Shown here: positions 1 to 11,093 of the stretch, in pieces
Layout of the letters: each line of letters opens with the position of its first letter
Numbering within the stretch: the stretch's first letter is position 1
Assembly (NCBI GenBank): GCA_903887775.1
Contig: CAISRB010000013.1
Location: 3,074-67,073 of the forward strand
Direction of reading: 5' to 3'
DNA from: an uncultured Bacteroidales bacterium
GTDB lineage: Bacteria > Bacteroidota > Bacteroidia > Bacteroidales > FEN-979
DNA length: 64,000 bases
Made by a program: the position numbers and the translations under genes
Notes under the pieces: model-generated
The model's database searches: none
Seen by the model: the letters and a program-made list of their open reading frames with translations, nothing else
Told to the model about the DNA's origin: nothing

Positions 1-2
1 TG

Positions 3-1850
3 ATTAAGGAAGTCATCATGGGCAAGGAATACGAAGAGATCGGTCTTGTTGTAACGCCGGATGAACTTTTCGACCAGGTTCAGGGGAAACAGCCCCACAG
101 ATATATACTCCAGTATTTTAAAGATCCCAAAACCGGCATCTACGATCCGGCTCTTGTCCTGAACTACCTGAAACAGCTTGACCAGATGGAACCCAAGGCC
201 AGGAAACAGTGGCTGTCTTTTGAAAAGGCTATCAAAGACGACCGTCAGGAAACCAAATTCAATAACCTGGTGGCAAAATCCTTTTATATGCCTAAAGCTT
301 TCCTGAAACAGGATTATGTGAACAAAAACCGCTCGATGCATCTTAGGTTTGTTGCCCCGAATTCTTCCCTGATCCCCGACAGCACTGTAAAGATCTCCGA
401 TGCAGACTATCAGGCCTTTTACAATAAGAATATTCAGTACTTCTATCAGGAAGAATCTTTCCGCGATATTGATTTCGTTACTTTTGATGTAGTTCCCAGC
501 CAGACCGACAGGAAAAAGACATCCGAAGACGTCATTAATCTTTATAAAGATTTTCAGGCTACATCTGACCCCATCACCTTCATGAACGCCAATTCGGATA
601 AGAAATACGATACTAACTATGTAAAGAAGGGAGTGCTGGCCGGCCGCCTTGACTCACTGCTTTTTGATGCCAAACCGGGATCTTTTGTCAGTCCTTTTGA
701 ACAGAATAATGTTTGGCTGATGGCAAAGCTCCTGGATGTCCAGGAACGTCCCGATACAATGAAAGGCATTCAATGTCTGATCGCTTTTGCAAGTCAGGGA
801 AATGAAAGTATCAAGCGTACGAAAGAACAGGCTAAGGCCAAGGCTGACAGCCTTATGAACATACTGAAGAAGAAACCTGAGATGATCGTTGATTTCGCAA
901 GAAATAATTCCGATTTCGGAACGGCAAAAGATGATGGCGGAGTATTAAAAGCGCTTACCGATGGTAATCCGAACCTTGCATTATTCTTTGATGCCGGGTT
1001 GAAAATGAAACCTAAAGAATTCAAGGTACTCGAGACCAGAATCGGTTATGCCATCTTCAGGCTTGACGATAAAACAAAACCCGTTAAAAAGATCAAAGTT
1101 GCAGTTCTTGCAAGGAATATTGATCCAAGTAACCAGACATATCAGGACACTTATACGAAGGCCAGCGCGTTTGCAGGCCAGTACAGGACTTCCGAAGCAT
1201 TTGACAAAGCCGCATCTCAGCAGGGTCTTTCAAAACGGCAAATGCCTAATTTGAAAGAAACCGATAATTCCGTTATGGGAATGACAAATGCCAGGGAGGT
1301 TGTCCGCTGGGCATTTTCTGAAAATTCGAAGGTTGGTGATATTTCTCCTGTTTTTGACCTCCAGGGCAAATACATGGTTGCCATACTTAAAAATGCGACT
1401 CCGAAGGGAGCTATCCCACTTGATCTTGTAAAATCAAGACTCGAACCTTCAGTAAGAGGTTTCAAGAAGGTAGGGATTGAAGGCGAAAAACTTGCAAAGG
1501 TTATGGCCAATTCGAAGGATCTTTACGCGATCGCAACACAGATGAAGACCAAGGTTGATACTGCCGTGATCACCTTTAACGGGATGAATCGTGCAGCTGT
1601 TGCCCGTGACCCTGAAGTGATCGGTATTCTTTTCACCTCCCCTTCTTCTAAATTGCTGGGGCCCCTGCAGGGACGTTATGGAGTTTATGCGGTTCTGATA
1701 GACGGGTTTAACGATGCCCCGAAAAAAGATGATTTGTCCGCTGAACTGCAACAGGCAAAATCCAATTTTGAACAGCGTGCGGCAAGCTCGGTTTATCCGG
1801 CCCTGCAGAAAACTGCCAAGATCACGGATTCAAGGCTGAGATTCTATTAA
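3..1850 (+). CDS. PpiD/SurA-like periplasmic peptidyl-prolyl isomerase/chaperone, 5'-truncated by the window edge
   Basis: Frame is open from the window start. SurA-N-like helical region, a rotamase-like segment (AKAKADSLMN...FARNNSDFGTAKDDGGVL) and the C-terminal ITDSRLRFY resemble Bacteroidota PpiD. Confidence 0.8.
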   Translation: MKEVIMGKEYEEIGLVVTPDELFDQVQGKQPHRYILQYFKDPKTGIYDPALVLNYLKQLDQMEPKARKQWLSFEKAIKDDRQETKFNNLVAKSFYMPKAFLKQDYVNKNRSMHLRFVAPNSSLIPDSTVKISDADYQAFYNKNIQYFYQEESFRDIDFVTFDVVPSQTDRKKTSEDVINLYKDFQATSDPITFMNANSDKKYDTNYVKKGVLAGRLDSLLFDAKPGSFVSPFEQNNVWLMAKLLDVQERPDTMKGIQCLIAFASQGNESIKRTKEQAKAKADSLMNILKKKPEMIVDFARNNSDFGTAKDDGGVLKALTDGNPNLALFFDAGLKMKPKEFKVLETRIGYAIFRLDDKTKPVKKIKVAVLARNIDPSNQTYQDTYTKASAFAGQYRTSEAFDKAASQQGLSKRQMPNLKETDNSVMGMTNAREVVRWAFSENSKVGDISPVFDLQGKYMVAILKNATPKGAIPLDLVKSRLEPSVRGFKKVGIEGEKLAKVMANSKDLYAIATQMKTKVDTAVITFNGMNRAAVARDPEVIGILFTSPSSKLLGPLQGRYGVYAVLIDGFNDAPKKDDLSAELQQAKSNFEQRAASSVYPALQKTAKITDSRLRFY

Positions 1851-1869
1851 TAGTATTGGAATACGCAGT

Positions 1870-2109
1870 TTATTCCGCGAGGATCAGTACTTTATTGGAA
1901 AGTACTTCGATGACCCCTCCGTTAATATCAAAATACTGCTCCTTTTCTCCCTTGCTCTTAAGTTTTATTCTGCCTTTCTTCAGTATTGAAATCAAAGGAG
2001 CATGATCGTTCAGCAGTTCGAAGGAGCCGTCAATTCCCGGTAATTGCACAAGTTCAACCTGGTCGGCTGAAAACAGTGTGGCATCGGGAGTAATAATATC
2101 AACTTTCAT
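1870..2109 (-). CDS. atpC: F1 ATP synthase epsilon subunit (short form, beta-sandwich only)
   Basis: MKVDIITPD...LPGIDGSFELLNDHAPLIS...GGVIEV; directly downstream of atpD. Confidence 0.95.
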   Translation of the reverse strand: MKVDIITPDATLFSADQVELVQLPGIDGSFELLNDHAPLISILKKGRIKLKSKGEKEQYFDINGGVIEVLSNKVLILAE

Positions 2110-2132
2110 TGTATAAAGATGCGAGTGATTCG

Positions 2133-3674
<1,542 letters not shown>

Positions 3675-3679
3675 TTATA

Positions 3680-3687
3680 CAAACCTA
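3680..3687 (-). promoter_or_regulatory. Bacteroidota sigma-70 -7 element (TAGGTTTG) for atpD-atpC
   Basis: Matches TAnnTTTG on the minus strand about 20 nt upstream of the ATG. Confidence 0.55.
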
Positions 3688-3775
3688 CGGTAATTTGATG
3701 AAATGAACAAACCACAAAAGAATAAATCACTATTTTTAACGTTCAACTATTATCAGCCCTAACATATTTTATAAA

Positions 3776-4639
3776 ATGCTTATGAGCAAGAAGTGGTTAC
3801 TTGTTCTGATTTTGCTTCCTATTATGTCGTTTGGCCAGCGAAACGTTGATGCCATTACCGATACAGTTGAAACGAAAAACGGAACAGTTCTTTTGTATAA
3901 AAATTTCACTTGGGAATACCTTGAGAACGAACCTGTGATGATGAGCATTGAAGAGGATTCCACAGGAATATTCAGCAGCCAGTGGATTAACGACCAGATA
4001 TTTGCCTATAAAATGCAGAGGGATTCAGTCCGGGATACTTTACTGTTACTGGCCGATTCCCTTCATCCTTTTCACATGCCGATTTATGGCCATCTTTTCA
4101 GAGGTTTTACATATACCCATAAAGGACTTGATATCAAACTCAACAAGGGTGATACTGTCAGGGCAGCTTTCAATGGTGTGATCCGGTATGCAAAATACAA
4201 CCGGGGAGGATTCGGCAACCTGGTCATAATCCGTCATTATAACGGGCTTGAATCCTATTATGCCCATAATTCAAAGATCCTGGTAAGGGTTAACCAGATC
4301 GTAAAAGCAGGGGACCCGATATCCCTGGGCGGTTCAAGCGGAAGGAGCCGCGGGCCTCACTGCCATTTTGAGCTCAGGTACAAGGATATTCCAATGGATG
4401 CCTTACGGGTTATAGATTTTGATAACCAGAAACTTATTGCAATAAATTTCCCCATCACGAAAAAAGTTTTTTATCCCAACGATTATAATGTCAATGCCGT
4501 TTATTATAAGATCAAAAACGGCGATACCCTTGGCCGCCTGGCGAAGAAATATCACACTAATGTGAAGGAGATCTGCGCCATGAATAAAATCAAAACAAAT
4601 ACGAAGCTTAGGGTTGGAAGTTCGATAAGAGTGCGGTAG
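3776..4639 (+). CDS. M23 family peptidoglycan metallopeptidase with C-terminal LysM domain
   Basis: Signal peptide; HKGLD, YYAHNS and GPHCHFELR Zn motifs; YYKIKNGDTLGRLAKKY LysM. Confidence 0.92.
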   Translation: MLMSKKWLLVLILLPIMSFGQRNVDAITDTVETKNGTVLLYKNFTWEYLENEPVMMSIEEDSTGIFSSQWINDQIFAYKMQRDSVRDTLLLLADSLHPFHMPIYGHLFRGFTYTHKGLDIKLNKGDTVRAAFNGVIRYAKYNRGGFGNLVIIRHYNGLESYYAHNSKILVRVNQIVKAGDPISLGGSSGRSRGPHCHFELRYKDIPMDALRVIDFDNQKLIAINFPITKKVFYPNDYNVNAVYYKIKNGDTLGRLAKKYHTNVKEICAMNKIKTNTKLRVGSSIRVR

Positions 4640-4666
4640 CGAAAGGCGAGAAGCGAAAAGCGAAAT
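4639..4666 (+). repeat. Heptamer tandem array, 4 x GCGARA(A/G/T); inverted partner of 4767-4892
   Basis: GCGAAAG GCGAGAA GCGAAAA GCGAAAT, starting on the last base of the M23 gene TAG stop. Confidence 0.85.
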
Positions 4667-4766
4667 CTGAGTTTTCAGAACTTTACCTGATTATCAGGAA
4701 AAGAAAGCCCGGGCTCGACTGAACAAACCCGGGGATTGTATTAATTTCGCTACCCTGCTAATTGAT

Positions 4767-4892
4767 TTTTCGCTTTTCGCTTTTCGCTTCTCGCTTTTCG
4801 CTTCTCGCTTTTCGCTTCTCGCTTTTCGCTTCTCGCTTCTCGCTTCTCGCTTCTCGCTTTTCGCTTTTCGCTTTTCGCTTTTCGCTTCTCGC
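4767..4892. repeat. Heptamer tandem array, 18 x TT(T/C)TCGC
   Basis: 18 contiguous TTTTCGC/TTCTCGC units counted directly; the array ends on the lspA stop codon. Confidence 0.97.
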
Positions 4893-5494
4893 TATTTACT
4901 ACTGGGAAAGATCTTCCTCTGAAATACAATCAGCATCAGGACACCTGTTGTGATCGCTGAATCAGCTATATTAAAAACGGGCCTGAAAAAAACGAAATCA
5001 TCCCCTCCGAAATATGGGACCCAGCCCGGGAAACGTGTTTCAATGATAGGGAAGTAAAACATATCAACTACCTTCCCATGCAAAAAAGAAGCATACCCAC
5101 CTCCTTTCGGGAAAAAAGTTGCCAGCTGCATATAAGAACTTTCATTGAAGATCATCCCGTAAAATGCTGAGTCAATAATATTCCCGATGGCACCGGCAAG
5201 TATCAGGGAGATACAAACAACCATCAGGGTCCCTGCCCCTTTTTTTGTTGCAGTATAAAGCCACCAGCAAATACCTGCAATTGCCATCAGGCGAAATAAG
5301 CTAAGGGCCAGCTTCCCTAATTGTCCGCCCAGTTTCAGACCATAAGCCATGCCCTCATTTTCAGTAAAATGAAGATAGAACCAATGGCCGAGCACCGGAT
5401 GGCTTTCTCCAATATAAAACGTAGTTTTGATCCAGATTTTCAGAATCTGATCCGCGATGAGGATCAGGAGTATGATCCAGACTGCTTTTTTCAT
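4892..5494 (-). CDS. lspA: Lipoprotein signal peptidase II
   Basis: ADQILK, ENEGMAYG, GAIGNIID, GKVVDM and VFNIAD motifs; ileS-dksA-lspA synteny. Confidence 0.95.
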   Translation of the reverse strand: MKKAVWIILLILIADQILKIWIKTTFYIGESHPVLGHWFYLHFTENEGMAYGLKLGGQLGKLALSLFRLMAIAGICWWLYTATKKGAGTLMVVCISLILAGAIGNIIDSAFYGMIFNESSYMQLATFFPKGGGYASFLHGKVVDMFYFPIIETRFPGWVPYFGGDDFVFFRPVFNIADSAITTGVLMLIVFQRKIFPSSK

Positions 5495-5940
5495 TCTTCG
5501 TGATCCAACAGATCTATGGCCTGTCGCTGGAGAACTGCAGGGGCAGTCTGTATGCGTTTTGCTTCAATACTGAGAGTTGCATGGGGAACAGAACGTAAAC
5601 GATCTTTCGGGATGAGTTTGCCGGTTACTCGGCATATGCCGTAACTCTTGTTTTCAATGCGGACAAGGGCGTTTTCCAAAGATTTGATAAATTTTTCCTG
5701 GCGTGCGGCAAATTTGCTGTTCTCTTCCTTTGAAAAAACCTGGTATCCTTCCTCAAGAACTTTGAAGGTCGGTGAAGTATCATTAGTGTCATGCTCATTA
5801 CCGGTTGTGTATGCATCGGTAAGAAGCTGCAAATCATTATGGGCCTTTTCAAGTTTCTGAAGAATGATCTGTTTGAACTCTTCGAGTTCCTCGTCGGTAT
5901 ACCTTGTCTTTGCTTTATCCGGTGCTGCTGCTTTTTTCAT
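5491..5940 (-). CDS. dksA: TraR/DksA family transcription regulator
   Basis: Coiled coil followed by ALVRIENKSYGICRVTGKLIPKDRLRSVPHATLSI. Confidence 0.88.
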   Translation of the reverse strand: MKKAAAPDKAKTRYTDEELEEFKQIILQKLEKAHNDLQLLTDAYTTGNEHDTNDTSPTFKVLEEGYQVFSKEENSKFAARQEKFIKSLENALVRIENKSYGICRVTGKLIPKDRLRSVPHATLSIEAKRIQTAPAVLQRQAIDLLDHEE

Positions 5941-6004
5941 AGCTCGTCAGGTTAAGGTTCTAAAATAAACAACGACAGAAATCTTGCTCCCTGCCGTGTG
6001 TAAA

Positions 6005-9000
6005 TCAATCCATCTTTTCGATGGAAATATGGGTTTTAATTGTTTCCGTCAGTTCAATCTCATCAATTTCATTACCTTCCGGTTTTCCTGTGATCGTAAA
6101 AGACTGAGCCAGAATTTCGCTGCAAATGTAAGAAAAATTCTGATTCACCGCTTCATCCATTTCAGGATGAGATTGTATTTTCACGCGGATTTTATCAGTC
6201 ACTTCGAATTTTTTATCCTTGCGCAGGTTCTGGATACGGTTGATCAGTTCCCTTGCAATACCTTCATTCTTTAATTCGGGAGTTATTGCAGTATCCAAAG
6301 CAACGACCAGGGCTCCCATTGTGGCTGTGTTGTAACCTGGCAGGTCGTTTGACTGTATCTCCACATCGCTCAGTGCAAAGGTGTATGCGTTGCCGTTCGG
6401 GTATGTCTTCGTGAACGACTTTTCCCTCTCGAATTCAGCAATCACGATCTGGTTCCACTCTTTCATATCCTCGGCGATCATCTTCATGTCTTTTCCGCAT
6501 TTCGATCCGAGTTTTTTGAAATCCGGTTTGATTTTTTTCGAAATGATGTCCTCGGTATCAGTGATATATTCAATATGCTTCACATTCACTTCGGAAAGGA
6601 TGAGATTCTTTACCGATTCGATCTGTTCTTTTAACTGTTCATTTAACAAGGGGATCAGGATACGGTTCAACGGCTGTCGTACCCTTATATTATTTTTTTT
6701 TCTGATCGAAAGGGCCATCGAGGAGACCTTCTGGGCTATCTCCATTCTTACTTCCAGTTGTTTGTCGATCATTGAAGCATCAGATGCCGGGAATTCAGAA
6801 AGATGCACAGAACCCTCATTTTTTCGTCCTGAGACCTTGTTAAGATCCGTAAAAATCTGTTCGGCAAAGAATGGTGATATAGGGGCCATCAGCTGGGCAA
6901 CAGTCTCGATACAGGTATAAAGAGTCTGGTATGCACTGACTTTATCGGATGAGTAATCACCTTTCCAGAAACGCCGGCGGCAAAGGCGCACGTACCAGTT
7001 GCTCAGATGTTCGTCAACAAAATCAGCAATTGCACGGCCGGCCCTCGTTGGCTCATAGTCTTCATAGCTCTCATCAACAAACCTGATTAGTGAGTTTAAT
7101 TCCGAGAGAATCCAGCGGTCAATTTCAGGACGTTCGCTCAACGGAAGTTCTGCTTCAGAGTATGAAAATCCGTCGATATTTGCATAGAGTGAAAAGAAGG
7201 CATAAGTGTTGTACAAGGTACCGAAGAATTTGCGCTGGGATTCTGAAATACTGCTCTCGTCAAATTTCAGGTTGTCCCATGGCTGGGAGTTGGTAATCAA
7301 ATACCATCGTGTGGCATCCGGGCCGAATTTTTTTATTGTTTCGAAAGGGTCAACTGCGTTCCCGAGGCGTTTCGACATCTTATTCCCCGATTTATCAAGT
7401 ACAAGACCATTGGAAACACAGGTCTTGAACGATACCGAGTCAAACAGCATCACTGCAATAGCATGCAGGGTGAAAAACCATCCACGGGTCTGGTCAACAC
7501 CTTCAGCGATGAAGTCGGCCGGGAAAAAACTTTCCAGGCTGCGGCTTTTATCAAAGGGGTAATGATACTGGGCATATGGCATGGCCCCGGAATCAAACCA
7601 GACATCAATAAGATCAGTTTCCCTGCGCATAGCCTGCCCATCATCGCTTACAAGTACAATATCATCCACGAAAGGACGGTGAAGGTCAAAAGTCCTGTAA
7701 TTCGCATCGGTCAGATCCCCTTCGTTAAATAACGCGAGTGGATTGGTTTTCATTAATCCTGCCTGAAAGGCCTTTTCAATTTCTTTTTTAAGCTGCCCCA
7801 CAGAACTTATACAGATCTCATTTTTACCATCTTCAGTCCTCCAGATGGGTAGTGGAGTCCCCCAGAACCTGGAACGGCTAAGGTTCCAGTCGACAAGGTT
7901 CTCAAGCCAGTTCCCGAAACGACCAGTACCGGTGGATTCGGGTTTCCAGTTGATGGTGTTGTTGAGGCGGATCATTTCATCCTTATAGGCCGTGGTACGG
8001 ATGAACCATGAATCAAGGGGATAATACAGCACAGGTTTATCAGTCCGCCAGCAATGTGGATAGGAATGTTCGTACTTCTCAGACTTAAATGCCTTGTTCT
8101 CATGTTTCAGCTTGACGATGATATCAATATCAACCGGGGGGCATTCTTTGTTGGCACAGTCATCGTCGTATTCGATCTTGACATACCGCCCTGCGAATTC
8201 ACCCATCTGTTCCGTGAATTTCCCCTGCTTGTCAACCAGGGTCAGAGAGCCCAGCCCGTATTGTTTGCCAACCCTGAAGTCATCAGCTCCGAAGCTGGGC
8301 GCAATATGCACTATACCGGTTCCGTCAACGGTCGTGACAAAATCCCCGATCACAACCCTGAAAGGATCCCCTTCTTCGGGCAGGGCATAAGGGAGAAGCT
8401 GTTCGTAACGTATATTTTCAAAGTCAGAGCCTTTGTATTCCGCGATAATCCTGTAAGGGATATTCTTTTGCCCTTCATAATATTCTTCCAGCTCGAGATG
8501 TGAATTCTTTTCGGGGAGGTACTGGTGAATCAGATCCCGGGCCATGATCACCGTCTGTTCACGGAAAGTATAGGGATTATAAGTCTTTATGACAATGTAG
8601 GTGATGTCCTTGCCTACTGCAAGTCCGGTGTTTGAAGGAAGGGTCCATGGAGTTGTTGTCCATGCCAGGAAATAAACATCGCCAAACGGATCATTGAAAA
8701 GAAACCCGGATTTTTCGTTCTGGATGACTTTGAACTGTGCAACAACGGTGTTGTCTTTAACCGTTTTATAAGCTCCCGGCTGATTGAGTTCATGGGTGCT
8801 CAGGCCGGTCCCTGCGGCAGGCGAATATGGCTGTATCGTGAAACCTTTGTAAAGAAGGCCTTTTTCATAAAGCTTGCCAAGAAGGTACCATACCGATTCA
8901 ATATATTTGTTCTCGTAAGTGATATACGGATCATCGAGGTTCAGCCAGTAACCCATCTGTACCGTAAGCTCATCCCAGAGATCCTTGTATTTCATCACCT

Positions 9001-9373
9001 CGCTGCGGCATTCTTTATTATAATCTTCGATGGAAATCTTTTTGCCGATGTCTTCCTTCGTTATCCCGAGTTTTTTCTCGACACCGATCTCAATGGGAAG
9101 TCCGTGTGTATCCCAGCCGGCTTTACGGCTTACATAGAAACCCTTCATCGTCTTGTACCTGCAGAAGATATCCTTTATGGTCCGGGCCATCACATGGTGG
9201 ATCCCGGGAACACCGTTTGCCGAAGGGGGGCCTTCATAAAAGATATAAGGAGACTTGCCCCGGGTAAGCTCAAGGCTTTTTTCAAACGTATTATTCTCCT
9301 TCCAATAGGACTGGATGTCCTTCCCGATTTTTGTAAGGTCCAGGTTTTTGTACTCGGTGTATTTCGTTTTCAT
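6005..9373 (-). CDS. ileS: Isoleucine--tRNA ligase (type 2, long C-terminus)
   Basis: GPPSANGVPGIHH (HIGH variant), GWDTHGLP, WTTTPWTL, DWNLSRSRFWG, EGVDQTRGWF and KMSKR. Confidence 0.98.
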   Translation of the reverse strand: MKTKYTEYKNLDLTKIGKDIQSYWKENNTFEKSLELTRGKSPYIFYEGPPSANGVPGIHHVMARTIKDIFCRYKTMKGFYVSRKAGWDTHGLPIEIGVEKKLGITKEDIGKKISIEDYNKECRSEVMKYKDLWDELTVQMGYWLNLDDPYITYENKYIESVWYLLGKLYEKGLLYKGFTIQPYSPAAGTGLSTHELNQPGAYKTVKDNTVVAQFKVIQNEKSGFLFNDPFGDVYFLAWTTTPWTLPSNTGLAVGKDITYIVIKTYNPYTFREQTVIMARDLIHQYLPEKNSHLELEEYYEGQKNIPYRIIAEYKGSDFENIRYEQLLPYALPEEGDPFRVVIGDFVTTVDGTGIVHIAPSFGADDFRVGKQYGLGSLTLVDKQGKFTEQMGEFAGRYVKIEYDDDCANKECPPVDIDIIVKLKHENKAFKSEKYEHSYPHCWRTDKPVLYYPLDSWFIRTTAYKDEMIRLNNTINWKPESTGTGRFGNWLENLVDWNLSRSRFWGTPLPIWRTEDGKNEICISSVGQLKKEIEKAFQAGLMKTNPLALFNEGDLTDANYRTFDLHRPFVDDIVLVSDDGQAMRRETDLIDVWFDSGAMPYAQYHYPFDKSRSLESFFPADFIAEGVDQTRGWFFTLHAIAVMLFDSVSFKTCVSNGLVLDKSGNKMSKRLGNAVDPFETIKKFGPDATRWYLITNSQPWDNLKFDESSISESQRKFFGTLYNTYAFFSLYANIDGFSYSEAELPLSERPEIDRWILSELNSLIRFVDESYEDYEPTRAGRAIADFVDEHLSNWYVRLCRRRFWKGDYSSDKVSAYQTLYTCIETVAQLMAPISPFFAEQIFTDLNKVSGRKNEGSVHLSEFPASDASMIDKQLEVRMEIAQKVSSMALSIRKKNNIRVRQPLNRILIPLLNEQLKEQIESVKNLILSEVNVKHIEYITDTEDIISKKIKPDFKKLGSKCGKDMKMIAEDMKEWNQIVIAEFEREKSFTKTYPNGNAYTFALSDVEIQSNDLPGYNTATMGALVVALDTAITPELKNEGIARELINRIQNLRKDKKFEVTDKIRVKIQSHPEMDEAVNQNFSYICSEILAQSFTITGKPEGNEIDEIELTETIKTHISIEKMD

Positions 9374-9390
9374 CCTCGAAAAAAAGTGTG

Positions 9391-9398
9391 CAAAGGTA
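9391..9398 (-). promoter_or_regulatory. -7 element (TACCTTTG) for the ileS operon
   Basis: TAnnTTTG about 17 nt upstream of the ileS ATG. Confidence 0.6.
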
Positions 9399-9440
9399 CG
9401 TTTTTTTTAGAAAATATGCGTAAAAGCGTTACAAAATATG

Positions 9441-9475
9441 GGATCATGGATATCGGATATCCAATCCCGGATATC
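9441..9475. repeat. Degenerate heptamer-period array (GGATATC)
   Basis: GGATCAT GGATATC GGATATC CAATCCC GGATATC, all in 7-bp phase. Confidence 0.5.
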
Positions 9476-9533
9476 TAAGACCGGGACAAAGCTCCGGCAC
9501 ACCGCATAAGCTGAGTGGAGAAATCAAACCCTT

Positions 9534-10703
9534 TTAGATAGCTGGAAACATCAGCTTCACCGAAGCCCCGCCTTCAGGGTTATTGCAGGCTTCGACCTTA
9601 CCCCCGTGAGCATCCATGATCATCTTCGCGAGGCAGAGATCAAGCCCCACATTTTCGTCAATGTGCTCATTCCCAAGTCCGAAGAGTGTAAAAAGATTTT
9701 TAAGTGCCTGTTCGCTGAAGCCAGGTCCCTGATCGGAAATTTCGCAACCTGTAAACCCTTTTTCAGTAATTAAACGAATTCTGATTTCACCTGATTCCGG
9801 AGAATATTCTATCGCATTCTCAACAATCCCCAGCAGGCAATTCCTTAATAATTTCTCATTCCCTTCCACTATTATTGTTGTCAACCCGGGATCAATCATT
9901 GTGTTGATGCCTTTCTTACCGGTTAGTAAAATGTATTCATTCAAACTCATCTCCAGGATCTTGTGAAGGGATACAGGATTTTTCTGAAGCGGGTGGTCCC
10001 TGGCGATAAGTTCCGTGAGTTGCAATACTACTGCCAGAAATTTCTCAAGCCGCTTTGATGAACGGAAGATAAAATCAACATGTTCCTTGACTTCCGGTTG
10101 TTCCACTTCATCCTGAAGAATCAATGTAAATCCAAGAATCGAATTAAGAGGAGTGCGGACTTCATGGTGGATCATATGCAGGAAATCTGTTTTGGCTTTG
10201 TCAAGGGATTGCAGGCTCCGGTAAGCTTTTTCCAGTTCCTCATGCGCCGATCTCAACGCTTCGGTCCGTTCTTTAACCTTCATCTCCAGCCAGGAGTTAA
10301 CCTCAAGAAGTTGCTGGCGGCTTGATTTAAGTTCAAGATGTGTCCTCACCCTGGCAAGAAGTTCCTCGGGCGAGAAAGGTTTTGTGATGTAATCGACACC
10401 GCCGCTGGTGAAGGCTTTATTAAGGCTGGCCATATCAGTCCTGGCAGTCAGAAAGATCACAGGCACAAGGTTATTCTTTGTCATGCTCCTGATCCTCACG
10501 CAAGTCTCATAACCATCCATCCCGGGCATCATAATGTCAAGCAGAATGAGATCATAACTTTCGGCTTCAAGGATATTGATAGCCTCCGGCCCGCTGAAAG
10601 CATAATCGACCTTATAGCTTTGAGGTGCAAGCAATGCTGCCAGGACTTTAAGGTTCTTGGGATTATCGTCAACAGCAAGTATCTTATAATTTTCGTTCTC
10701 CAT
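9534..10703 (-). CDS. Hybrid response regulator-histidine kinase (REC-HisKA-HATPase, no sensor domain)
   Basis: ILAVDD, LLDIMMPGMDG, DYITKPF, HEVRTPL, ENAIEYS and DQGPGF. Confidence 0.9.
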   Translation of the reverse strand: MENENYKILAVDDNPKNLKVLAALLAPQSYKVDYAFSGPEAINILEAESYDLILLDIMMPGMDGYETCVRIRSMTKNNLVPVIFLTARTDMASLNKAFTSGGVDYITKPFSPEELLARVRTHLELKSSRQQLLEVNSWLEMKVKERTEALRSAHEELEKAYRSLQSLDKAKTDFLHMIHHEVRTPLNSILGFTLILQDEVEQPEVKEHVDFIFRSSKRLEKFLAVVLQLTELIARDHPLQKNPVSLHKILEMSLNEYILLTGKKGINTMIDPGLTTIIVEGNEKLLRNCLLGIVENAIEYSPESGEIRIRLITEKGFTGCEISDQGPGFSEQALKNLFTLFGLGNEHIDENVGLDLCLAKMIMDAHGGKVEACNNPEGGASVKLMFPAI

Positions 10704-10903
10704 ATCAAAAAATCAAGCTGCGAATATCGCTCCTTTTAAGCTATACCTTACTCCCTGAAATACATTTTTTTAAACAGCAGGATGTGAATTTAAAATCAAA
10801 AGGTGAGTATCTCAGGGCAAGTTCCTGACCCTGCTTCTGCTCCGGAAGGGAGGGGGATTTACCGGAAGAAATTAATAAATGTTATGGTATGAATTCATTT
10901 TTC

Positions 10904-10911
10904 TATCTTTG
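10904..10911 (+). promoter_or_regulatory. -7 element (TATCTTTG)
   Basis: TAnnTTTG 17 nt upstream of the nitroreductase-remnant ATG. Confidence 0.5.
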
Positions 10912-10928
10912 AGTAATTTTTCTGCAGC

Positions 10929-11057
10929 ATGTCTGAAAATTCTGATACGATGCTTATGAACATATTGCAGCGCAGGAGCGTCAGGAATTTCACTGTTGAA
11001 ATAATAGATCGTTCTCTGCTGATGACTTTGCTGAAAGCTGCTATGGCGGGACCCTAG
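10929..11057 (+). pseudogene. Nitroreductase N-terminal remnant
   Basis: Translates as MSENSDTMLMNILQRRSVRNFTVEIIDRSLLMTLLKAAMAGP*. It carries the RRSVRxF FMN motif and stops at the APS motif; the rest of the gene is absent. Confidence 0.75.
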
Positions 11058-11093
11058 CAGAATAATAAACCAGAATATAACAGATGAAAAACC

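Noticed and set aside
4767..4892. Possible CRISPR array
   Set aside because: Contiguous 7-bp units with no spacers, and no cas genes in the window.
4762..4953. 63-aa ORF (FRFSLFASRFSLL...)
   Set aside because: It is only the translation of the heptamer array and overlaps lspA antisense.
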